Positions 56,161-64,000 of a stretch of DNA of 64,000 nt are shown here, one piece after another. Origin of the DNA: Candidatus Poribacteria bacterium. Its GTDB lineage: Bacteria > Poribacteria > WGA-4E > WGA-3G. Under the pieces are notes generated by a model. The model did not search any database and was not told the DNA's origin. It was given only the letters and a program-made list of their open reading frames with translations. A program made the translations under genes and the position numbers. The stretch is from positions 1,216,001 through 1,280,000 of the forward strand of contig CAXXLX010000001.1 in NCBI GenBank assembly GCA_963665235.2, read 5' to 3'. Positions within the stretch are counted from its first letter, which is position 1; the number at the start of each line of letters is the position of its first letter.

Positions 56161-56373
56161 ATGCAAAAAAACAAATATAGTGGAAGTGACTTTGATGATT
56201 TCCTTAAAGAGGAGGGCATATATGAAGAAGTTAAGGCCCTCGCGCAAAAGGAATTAGAGGCCTTGCGTTCTGAAGAGCCCCTTGAATCGGACGATACTTA
56301 TGACCTCCCTGAAGAGCAGCCAGGCCACCTCGTCAGGTTTTTCCAATGGCTCCGACACGCTATCAACTCCTAA
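56161..56373 (+). CDS. HTH-less antitoxin-like small protein
   Basis: GSDFDDFLKEEGIYEEV..RFFQWLRHAI; directly downstream of a toxin. Confidence 0.75.
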   Translation: MQKNKYSGSDFDDFLKEEGIYEEVKALAQKELEALRSEEPLESDDTYDLPEEQPGHLVRFFQWLRHAINS

Positions 56374-56397
56374 AGAACAAAGGTAGGAGATAATAGT

Positions 56398-56604
56398 ATG
56401 AATAAGCATAGGGGACGCGACGTTGACGAGTATCTCAAAGAGCGTGGCATATTTGAGGAAGTGGAAGCACTTACACAAAAAGAGTTGGAGGCTTTACGCG
56501 CTGAAGAACCACTTAAACCAGGGGAGGCTTATGAAATTACCGAAGATTCGCCTAGCCGCCTCGTCCGTTTTTTCCAATGGATTCGGCACGCTATCAGCCT
56601 TTAA
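56398..56604 (+). CDS. HTH-less antitoxin-like small protein (paralog)
   Basis: AGGAG RBS; GRDVDEYLKERGIFEEV..RFFQWIRHAI. Confidence 0.75.
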   Translation: MNKHRGRDVDEYLKERGIFEEVEALTQKELEALRAEEPLKPGEAYEITEDSPSRLVRFFQWIRHAISL

Positions 56605-56635
56605 AGATAAACCTACATCTATAAGAAGTCCACAC

Positions 56636-57163
56636 ATGAATCGTCTAAATAGTTCTCTCTCAGCAATTGCTGTTTTATTGATAATTGTCATCGGTTGTTC
56701 AAGAACGACAAAACCCGCAATGGACGAAGGCGATGAAGAATCCGGCACACAACTTGCCCTGAGCGAAACCTACGACAAGGTTCGAAAGGGTGCCCGACTC
56801 ATCTTAAATTACGACGCACAGAGCAATACCTTTAAAGGGACCGTCGAAAACACCACTGACGAAATCTTGAAGCAGGTTCGCGTTGAAGTCCATTTGTCCA
56901 ACGGGAAGGAGCTCGGTCCAACAACCCCGGGCGACCTCGCCCCCGGTGAAAAAAAGGAAATTCAACTCACCGCAACAAGCACGGACTTTGAGGGATGGAC
57001 TGCACATCCCGAAGTGGGCAGTGGTGAGCAGGGCCACGGTGAAGAAGGCGACAGTGAGCATGGTGACGGCGAACATGACCGCGAGGGCGGTAACAGTGAA
57101 GAAGGTGCCGGTGAACGGGGCGAGGGCGAACATGAACGAGAAGGTGAAAACGAACACCAGTAA
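56636..57163 (+). CDS. Lipoprotein with an Ig-like (FxLYD-like) domain and a His/Glu/Gly-rich tail
   Basis: VIGC lipobox; FKGTVENTT..VEVHL..LAPGEK; tail GEQGHGEEGDSEHGDGEH..ENEHQ. Confidence 0.7.
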   Translation: MNRLNSSLSAIAVLLIIVIGCSRTTKPAMDEGDEESGTQLALSETYDKVRKGARLILNYDAQSNTFKGTVENTTDEILKQVRVEVHLSNGKELGPTTPGDLAPGEKKEIQLTATSTDFEGWTAHPEVGSGEQGHGEEGDSEHGDGEHDREGGNSEEGAGERGEGEHEREGENEHQ

Positions 57164-57189
57164 CCGTTATCTTGAAAATTCTTGAACTC

Positions 57190-57490
57190 AACGTGAGTTT
57201 GAAAAAAGTTTTCCCTAGTATGAGGAGCGGGCTGCTTGCCCGAATATTGGTTAGTCCTATAGGTAAAATCATCGGGTTGCGCTATGTCTAAATAGGTTTC
57301 TGCTTGCCCGAATACTGGTTAGTCCCATAGGGACGATATCTTTATAGAAAACCGTTTCCGCCCCAACTCTTAGTCCCGTAGGGACGATATCTTTATAGAA
57401 GCAGACGTTTCCGCGCGGTCTCTTAGTCCCATAGGGACGATATCTTTATAGAGGTTAGTGCAAGCGGACATTTATTATCAAGCTCACGTT
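57190..57490. mobile_element. 301-bp MITE with TIRs and a 6-bp target-site duplication, carrying a REP array
   Basis: AACGTGAGTTTGA...TCAAGCTCACGTT, flanked by GAACTC at 57184-57189 and 57491-57496. Confidence 0.8.
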
Positions 57491-57536
57491 GAACTCAAGA
57501 ATACCTGTCTAATCCCTTTTTCTGAACGGGGACTCG

Positions 57537-57893
57537 ATGCTTGATGTCATCTTTTTTCGCACCCATCACGGAAATGAACCGGTCCGAGAATGGCTTAGCG
57601 ACTTTGATGAGGAAGATGGAAACATACTTGATACTGATATAAACACGGTCGCACAACATTGGCCCCAGGTCTTGGGCACGAACCTTGTTAAGAAGATACA
57701 TGCGGAAGAAAAACTGTGGGAAGTCCGTAGTCGTATCAGTCGAGGGAAACGTATAGCGAGAATTTTGTTTACTATTGAGGAGGAGAAAATAATCCTTCTG
57801 CACGGTTTTATCAAAAAGTCTCAAAAGACTCCACGCAAGGATTTATGGTTGGCACGAAAACGAAGGAAACTATCAAGAACTCGGAGTGTGTGA
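57537..57893 (+). CDS. RelE/HigB-like (Gp49/DUF891) toxin, second paralog
   Basis: FFRTHHGNEPVREWL..LWEVRS..RIARILF..LLHGFIKKSQKTP. Confidence 0.87.
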   Translation: MLDVIFFRTHHGNEPVREWLSDFDEEDGNILDTDINTVAQHWPQVLGTNLVKKIHAEEKLWEVRSRISRGKRIARILFTIEEEKIILLHGFIKKSQKTPRKDLWLARKRRKLSRTRSV

Positions 57894-57894
57894 C

Positions 57895-58101
57895 ATGAAT
57901 AAACATCACGGAAGCAAGTTTGAGGATTATCTCAAAGAAAAGGGCACGTTTGAGGAAGTGGAAGCACTCACCCAAAAACGTTGGGAAGAGCTGCAAACTC
58001 AAAAATCGTCCGATACGTCTGAAAATATTGAAGCGTCCCCTGGACGCATCCACAGATTTTTTCAATGGCTCCGGCATGCCATTAATCAACTTATTTCATA
58101 A
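57895..58101 (+). CDS. HTH-less antitoxin-like small protein (third standalone paralog)
   Basis: GSKFEDYLKEKGTFEEV..RFFQWLRHAI. Confidence 0.75.
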   Translation: MNKHHGSKFEDYLKEKGTFEEVEALTQKRWEELQTQKSSDTSENIEASPGRIHRFFQWLRHAINQLIS

Positions 58102-58119
58102 CTCGGAGCTATACCTCTT

Positions 58120-58734
58120 ATGAAAATCCTATTCACATTCCTATTGATATTCGCGTTCACAGCGGTAGCATACACCGTGGAACCGCCCGAAAATATCCTC
58201 AAAAACGGTGATTTCGACCTTAACCTTGAGCATTGGCATAACTGGGCACATGCCGATGCTATCGTACTCTTCCAGATTGAGAGCAAAAGGGCAGAGCCGG
58301 TCGTTGGAAAAAACGCTGTCCACGTCGCAATTAACAATGCAGGCGATGCAATATGGCACATCCAATTCTATCAACAACCCTTCACGTTGGAGAAAAACAC
58401 AACCTATACCTACAGCTTGTGGGCAAAGAGCGAAAAACCGAGAAGCGTCGTAATGCGCATCCTGCATCAAGGTGACCCGTGGAATGAATACGCCAGACAG
58501 AAAATTAACCTCTCCGAAGAGTGGAAAGAATTCTTCATCACCTTCCAAATGCCTGATAATGATGCCAATTCACGCGCAGGCGTAATTATGGGCACAGAAA
58601 AAGCGGATGTCTGGCTCGACCACATTCGTCTCTACGTGGGCAAATATGTCAGCGATATTGAAGGGGCAGAACCGCACCCCGTTGAACCCGCAGACAAACT
58701 AGCAACGACCTGGGCAAGACTCAAACAAATGTAG
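58120..58734 (+). CDS. Secreted carbohydrate-binding (CBM4/9-like) protein with a Poribacteria-type C-terminal motif
   Basis: NILKNGDF, WHIQFYQ, YTYSLWAK, VWLDHI; ends VEPADKLATTWARLKQM. Confidence 0.78.
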   Translation: MKILFTFLLIFAFTAVAYTVEPPENILKNGDFDLNLEHWHNWAHADAIVLFQIESKRAEPVVGKNAVHVAINNAGDAIWHIQFYQQPFTLEKNTTYTYSLWAKSEKPRSVVMRILHQGDPWNEYARQKINLSEEWKEFFITFQMPDNDANSRAGVIMGTEKADVWLDHIRLYVGKYVSDIEGAEPHPVEPADKLATTWARLKQM

Positions 58735-58749
58735 GATAGAAACGGTTAT

Positions 58750-61362
58750 ATGAAATTATCACTTATTCTCATCATAGCACTTTTCATAGCATACATCCCC
58801 GTTACGGATGCGCTGCCCCCGGATGCAGAGCTTCAAGACGCGATACAGACCGCCCGAAAGTTTGCCAAACTCAAACCACGGTACACTCTGAACGAAGTTA
58901 CGGAATGTGCAACCGATAGTTTTGTCACCCTCGCCAAAAATTGGCGAAACCTTCCATCCACCTATAAACGCGAACTCAAAGGAATTTTCCTGAGACCCGG
59001 GCTCCCCGGCAGCTTTTTCGGTGAGGTAGAACTACCAGAACAATTCAACACCACCCATTTCCGACTTCATTACACACGTGTCGGCCCGCATGCCCCCCCG
59101 CTTGAGGATTTTCACCCACGTAACGGTGTCCCCGATTATGTCGACCTATGTGCCGATGCCATGGAACGCTCGTATCGTGTCCAAATTGACCTGATGGGAT
59201 TCAAGGCACCTTACACCGATTTTTGGGCGGAGCAGAACGGCGGCGACCATAAATATGATGTTTATCTTTTTACATTCCCCGCATTTGGTATTACGACTGC
59301 CGACTGGTTTGAAGGGCGCGTGTTATCTACAGTGTTGACAATTGCCCCCTATTTCATGATTAACGCTCGCATCTACGATTATGTCGGAAAATCTGAGGGA
59401 ATCCGGTATCTGGAGACAACCTGCGCCCATGAATTCCTGCACGGCATTCAGTTCACCTATAACGCCTATATGCCGACGTGGTTCATGGAAGCCTCCGCAA
59501 CATGGATAGAGGTTATGACCTACGATGGCGGGGTCATTGACGATGGCGACACACTTCCCGACCCGGATGAACCGAACGAGACGAATGCCTATAACTATTA
59601 TATCCATCAACTCCGCCGCTGGCTTCACATCCCCGATATCTCCCTCGAAAGCCGCATCGGGGACCACGAGTACGGCTCCGTTATTTGGACGTTGTATCTG
59701 GCGGAAAGATTCGGTTATGACATCGTCCGGCAATTTTATACACATACGACTGAGGGAAGTTATCGCGAGATGGGCAATTTCTACGACATCTTTATTGACA
59801 ACGGCACTACGCTTGCTGAGGCGTTCAAAACTTTTACGGTATGGAATTATTTCACACATACCCGTGCCGGTACACATCCCACGCTGCCGGGCTATAGAAA
59901 CGCGCACCGCTTTCCCCCAGTTGCCATTCATCCGAACAGTGTCCACGCCGCCTATCCTATTCGTGTGGATTTCAATTCGGAATCCATGCCGGAGCATTTT
60001 GCATCGCGATATATTGTCTTCCGTCCGGTGGGGATTACCCCTGAATTTGCTATCAAAATAGATGGGGCAGACCTCGCCCCGGTAGATATGAGCCGCCTTA
60101 CAGGGATTGACCAGACGCGTATACAACAGGAACTTTCACGGCACAGGAACACCGGCTTGCGCGGGTGGGCAGCCAAATTTATCGTCAAAAAACGCAACGG
60201 AAGCACCGAAGTCAGAGAAGCATTCACCTATCAACGCTCACAAGAAGCACAGCTGACGTTCACAGATTTCGGTGGGGACATTCAGGAAATTGTACTTATC
60301 CTTATCAATATGCACCCTGATGTTGAGCAGGTTATCATCCCTGGCGGCACTTTCGGCGGGAGTGTCAGTTATATCGCAGGGGTGCCACCGGCTGGTCAAC
60401 TTTCAAACGCGCAAGTCTCACAAGGCAGCATCGGGCCACTCGTCAAATGGACAGTTGATGACCCTACCGACATTCAGACAGTCGCTATCGTCAGAAAACG
60501 TTATATATTAAACAGTGAAACGGATACGCCTGAACCCTTTCAAACCGACGATGAAGTCCGGGCCGCTGTGGATAGAAACGGGGATGGCATCCCTGAAGAC
60601 GATATAACTGTCGTTGGATACGCGGGATTGACGCAAACCCAATTTGAAGACACGACTGTCTTTCAAGACGTTAATTTGGACAACATCGACCCAGATAGGG
60701 TTCACTGGATTCACTACGCTTATGCGGTTGTTCCTGTTAGCGCATCCGGTATTATGGGAACACCTATCATTGTGCCAGAGAGTATTGCGCCGAGCGTGGA
60801 TACCGCAAACGGTGCGCCTGCCTTCTTTATCAGCACACACCCACACGGTACAGGCGAGTGGCATGTGGAAGTTCAAAGTACACAGCGCCTGCAAAGCGCG
60901 CCGCTCCTGACAGTGGAAACGCCTAAGCGAGACAATTACACCATTGTTTTAACACAAGAATCCGCAACAAAATGGCGTGGAACTTTGCAAACAAACGGAT
61001 TTCCACCGACTGGCAGCTATCTCTATAACATTATCGGGCAAACACCTGCCGGTATAACAGGAACGCAAATTTGGCAAGGCAGAATCTTCAATTATGTCGA
61101 AAATATCGCAAGCCGGCGCGTTTTAGTCGCACCAAACCCACTCCGAGCGGGAAACGGAGACCAACACCTGACCTTTTATCCGAAGGGCTTAACCGTCGAA
61201 ATCTACGATATCCTCGGAAATTTAATTAAGGTCATGAATAACGCATCCCAGTGGGATTGCACAAACCAACGCGGTGAAAAAGTTTGCACCGGGCTATACT
61301 TTTTCCGAGCAACCGATGGGAACGGTTTTCAAAGCACAGGAAAATTTACCATAGTGAAATAA
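58750..61362 (+). CDS. Secreted zinc metalloprotease-like protein (MXAN_6640-like) with a C-terminal sorting-like domain
   Basis: HFRLHY..NGVPDYV, AHEFLHGIQ (HExxH), WFMEASATW; C-terminal APNP..IYDILGNLIK..WD..GLYF. Confidence 0.78.
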   Translation: MKLSLILIIALFIAYIPVTDALPPDAELQDAIQTARKFAKLKPRYTLNEVTECATDSFVTLAKNWRNLPSTYKRELKGIFLRPGLPGSFFGEVELPEQFNTTHFRLHYTRVGPHAPPLEDFHPRNGVPDYVDLCADAMERSYRVQIDLMGFKAPYTDFWAEQNGGDHKYDVYLFTFPAFGITTADWFEGRVLSTVLTIAPYFMINARIYDYVGKSEGIRYLETTCAHEFLHGIQFTYNAYMPTWFMEASATWIEVMTYDGGVIDDGDTLPDPDEPNETNAYNYYIHQLRRWLHIPDISLESRIGDHEYGSVIWTLYLAERFGYDIVRQFYTHTTEGSYREMGNFYDIFIDNGTTLAEAFKTFTVWNYFTHTRAGTHPTLPGYRNAHRFPPVAIHPNSVHAAYPIRVDFNSESMPEHFASRYIVFRPVGITPEFAIKIDGADLAPVDMSRLTGIDQTRIQQELSRHRNTGLRGWAAKFIVKKRNGSTEVREAFTYQRSQEAQLTFTDFGGDIQEIVLILINMHPDVEQVIIPGGTFGGSVSYIAGVPPAGQLSNAQVSQGSIGPLVKWTVDDPTDIQTVAIVRKRYILNSETDTPEPFQTDDEVRAAVDRNGDGIPEDDITVVGYAGLTQTQFEDTTVFQDVNLDNIDPDRVHWIHYAYAVVPVSASGIMGTPIIVPESIAPSVDTANGAPAFFISTHPHGTGEWHVEVQSTQRLQSAPLLTVETPKRDNYTIVLTQESATKWRGTLQTNGFPPTGSYLYNIIGQTPAGITGTQIWQGRIFNYVENIASRRVLVAPNPLRAGNGDQHLTFYPKGLTVEIYDILGNLIKVMNNASQWDCTNQRGEKVCTGLYFFRATDGNGFQSTGKFTIVK

Positions 61363-62192
61363 TGAAAAATTACAACGTGTTTATATCTTATTACATCGCT
61401 GCCCTTTTCTTACTGCTTCTCGTCAGTTGTGGCGAAGAGGGACTGCTTGACCCGCATGGTGAAAACACACTGCCCTCTCCGTATACACCAGATGCCTTGT
61501 ATGCCATTGATTTTCCGACAGATGCAGGGTCGGCTTGGACCTACCTTAATGTTGACAGCAATCAGGAATTCACGCTTCGCGTTGAAGGTACACGCGACAT
61601 TAGTGGGACAACGCATCGGCAGATGACGGTCAGCGAACTCCTCCCTTTCGACTCCAGTCAATTCTCGGTTGAGCACTTGGCAGCGAACGCATACTACCTG
61701 CGATATTTTGAGACCGATTTCATAGGCGTTACACTGCCGATTTTGTCAACCTACTTTATTAAGACCCCGCAAACGTTGGTAGAATCCGCGTTTGATATCT
61801 TTATCCCTTTGCTGCCCAATCCTGTATTTCACGAAAAACATTTTCCACCCCGCCGTCTATGGGATTTTCCGTTGGAGGTCGGAAAAGAGTGGGTCGTATT
61901 TGAAAAAACTGCCGGAATACCTGTATCTGTGACCCGTTTCGTCGCGGAGAAGAATGTTTCGGTTACTGTACCTGCTGGCACTTACAGTACTTATGTCGTT
62001 TACGAGGAGGTCGTTTACGGTGTCAGCGACGACCCATCAATTCGCCTGATTAGTCCCCCCGCAGTTTATTGGGTTGCGCCATCAGTCGGGGTTGTCAAGT
62101 ATAGATACAGCCGTTACCGTGCTACCGATACTTTGGCTTCACGTACCTTCGCGCTGAAAAGCTTTTACTTACCAGGGCCGAATACGGATTAA
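61362..62192 (+). CDS. Hypothetical lipoprotein
   Basis: LVSC lipobox; FPLEVGKEW, VTVPAGTY, WVAPSVGVVK; ATG overlaps the upstream stop. Confidence 0.7.
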   Translation: MKNYNVFISYYIAALFLLLLVSCGEEGLLDPHGENTLPSPYTPDALYAIDFPTDAGSAWTYLNVDSNQEFTLRVEGTRDISGTTHRQMTVSELLPFDSSQFSVEHLAANAYYLRYFETDFIGVTLPILSTYFIKTPQTLVESAFDIFIPLLPNPVFHEKHFPPRRLWDFPLEVGKEWVVFEKTAGIPVSVTRFVAEKNVSVTVPAGTYSTYVVYEEVVYGVSDDPSIRLISPPAVYWVAPSVGVVKYRYSRYRATDTLASRTFALKSFYLPGPNTD

Positions 62193-62195
62193 AAA

Positions 62196-63422
62196 ATGAA
62201 AACGCTTGCTCACCGAAATATTCCTGTCACTATCATCGGTGGGGGGATACACGGCATCTCAATTGCACATCGGCTGCTACGCGATATGCCAGCCGCAGCG
62301 AAACATCTTGCAATTGTGGATAGGCATCCCCAGCCGCTTGCACAATGGAAACGCAAAACGGAACGCCAAGGCATGACGTTTCTCCGCTCCCCTGTAGTAC
62401 ATCACATCACGCCTGAGGCTTTGGGTATCGTTGAATATGCCGAACGCCACAACCGAACCGCTGAATTGGCACCGCCATATTCGCAACCTTCTACCGCGCT
62501 TTTTTGGGATTTCTGTGAGGAGACAGTGTCGAAAATCCGGTCTATAGGTCATGAAGTCTATTATCGGTTTGAGGTGGCTAAATTACGGTGGGACAAGGGG
62601 GCAGACAGATTTCCGTTCCGCCTGATTTCAACGAACAATCAAGGGTTTCGCAGCAGCTGTGTTATCCTTGCCATCGGCTCCGACGACTGTGCTTATGTCC
62701 CACCAGAGTTCACCGAATGGCAACGCCAACACCCTGAAAAGATTTTACATGCATCACAATTTTCCGTGAATTTAGATGATAACGGTAAAATTGTGATAGT
62801 TGGCGGCGGATTAACAGCAGGAACGTTTGCAAGAAGCCTTAGCGAACAGGGACATCACGTCGTGTTAATTGCTCGAAAGCAGTTGAAAACCGAACAGTTC
62901 GATTTTCCACCGAGATGGCTAGGGCCCAAAGCACTTGCTGAATTTGGGAGGGAGTCTCTTCATTTTCGGCAGCGATACCAGATTATTAAAGAAAATAGGG
63001 GAGAAGGCAGCATAACCCCCGATGTGATGGAAACTTTGAAAAATACCGCAAACGTGCATATCTATCCCGAAACCTATATCTGCAACATCGTTGCTGCGAA
63101 AGATAACAGCTTACAAGTTGAAACAACGCGCGGGAGAATTGCAGACGTATCTCGCGTTATTCTTGCAACAGGGTATAGATTTAACCTGCACCGGTACGGC
63201 TTTTTGACAGAGTTAATCGCACAACACAGGATTCCGCTTGTCTGTGGTTTACCTTGCCTCGATGTAGATTTACAACTCCATCCGATCCAGAATCTGTTTG
63301 GCTCTGGAACGATTGCGCAGCTTCAGATAGGCCCGGCAGCAGGCAATATTGCCGGGGCACGCCTCGCTTATGAACGTTTTCATGAAAAGTTGCTCGCGCA
63401 CATTCCACAAACAACGTTCTGA
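62196..63422 (+). CDS. FAD/NAD(P)-dependent oxidoreductase (lysine/ornithine N-monooxygenase-like)
   Basis: IIGGGIHG, LRSP..HH, IVGGGLTA, ILATG. Confidence 0.8.
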   Translation: MKTLAHRNIPVTIIGGGIHGISIAHRLLRDMPAAAKHLAIVDRHPQPLAQWKRKTERQGMTFLRSPVVHHITPEALGIVEYAERHNRTAELAPPYSQPSTALFWDFCEETVSKIRSIGHEVYYRFEVAKLRWDKGADRFPFRLISTNNQGFRSSCVILAIGSDDCAYVPPEFTEWQRQHPEKILHASQFSVNLDDNGKIVIVGGGLTAGTFARSLSEQGHHVVLIARKQLKTEQFDFPPRWLGPKALAEFGRESLHFRQRYQIIKENRGEGSITPDVMETLKNTANVHIYPETYICNIVAAKDNSLQVETTRGRIADVSRVILATGYRFNLHRYGFLTELIAQHRIPLVCGLPCLDVDLQLHPIQNLFGSGTIAQLQIGPAAGNIAGARLAYERFHEKLLAHIPQTTF

Positions 63423-63425
63423 GAA

Positions 63426-64000
63426 TTATCGCGTTAGGGCATAAGCCACAACGTTCATTCCCTGTTCAAATGCCCAAATTCGCTGCTCCTCACCGCCAGG
63501 CTCACACAGTCTTCCTTCCCATGCACAATTCAGGTCACTTGGGCAGAAGTAGACCATCACCTTGTCATCGTCCATGATTGCCTCATCATACGCAAATTTC
63601 TCAATCAGTTTATCACCACCGAGATACTCGTTATGCGGGTACAGGGTGTGGTAAATCGGATGACTTATATCCAAACGTTCGAATTTCTTTTCGGGATAAA
63701 CCCGCTGCATCATCCTGACAATTTGCGGTCGGAAATAATCAAAACGGATGTCGCAATCCTCGACGTGAAGGAAACCGCCGCGTTCAAAGTATTCCCGCAA
63801 CTTACGCACCTGCATATCGGAAATTTGCAGTCCGCGGCGTGTCCTACCGTGGCCTGTCATGAAGATAAACGGATAATCAAACAACCATGCATCATCAATG
63901 TCTATATACTGCGGGTGTCTGCGAACGTCAACATCAATAGCAGTGTTCGCGTGGAGCAGCTGCGAAAACTTCAAATCTGACTGCCAAAGATAGGTGTTGA
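63426..64000 (-). CDS. DUF4159-like protein, N-terminus beyond the window edge
   Basis: YPFIFMTGHG, LREYFERGGFL, HPIY, DLNCAWE, GMNVVAYAL; frame open to the edge. Confidence 0.75.
   Translation of the reverse strand, partial: NTYLWQSDLKFSQLLHANTAIDVDVRRHPQYIDIDDAWLFDYPFIFMTGHGRTRRGLQISDMQVRKLREYFERGGFLHVEDCDIRFDYFRPQIVRMMQRVYPEKKFERLDISHPIYHTLYPHNEYLGGDKLIEKFAYDEAIMDDDKVMVYFCPSDLNCAWEGRLCEPGGEEQRIWAFEQGMNVVAYALTR

Noticed and set aside
57251-57452. Possible mini-CRISPR (palindromic ~31-bp repeats with linkers)
   Set aside because: Linkers are short and resemble each other (CGTTTCCGC), the repeat is dispersed across the window, and it sits inside a TIR/TSD element.

Overview
Bacterial chromosomal window, most likely from Candidatus Poribacteria. 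This is an inference from the divergent 16S with a non-canonical 27F site (AGAGTATGATACCGGCTCAG), a C-terminal VEPADKLATTWARLK motif, a PhyH dioxygenase, TPR proteins and an ECF-sigma/beta-propeller fusion. It holds about 50 CDS: TPR proteins, an ECF sigma/anti-sigma pair, dprA, livG/livF-like ATPases, lgt, queF, sppA, pcm, thrB, ackA, an orphan DNA methyltransferase, a xanthine-dehydrogenase-family Mo-hydroxylase operon and PorV-like/FlgD-CTD envelope proteins. It also holds one rRNA locus (16S-tRNAIle ... tRNAAla-23S-5S) and dense intergenic REP/MITE clusters. Most notable: (1) a toxin-antitoxin array behind the 5S gene whose four antitoxin-like domains lack the HTH and end in a shared amphipathic FFQ(W/R)(L/I)R helix, with the first module flanked by a duplicated 5S 3' end; (2) a ~2 kb repeat-invaded rRNA spacer with four tandem near-consensus sigma70 promoters ahead of tRNAAla-23S-5S; (3) an intact P-type ATPase that has lost every catalytic motif; (4) a 391-bp non-autonomous IS200/IS605 element retaining a TnpB omegaRNA-like end and carrying a pseudoknotted RNA; (5) substitutions in the 23S P-loop, A-loop and sarcin-ricin loop, plus a tandem-repeat expansion in helix 45. 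All calls come from reading the sequence; no database searches were run.
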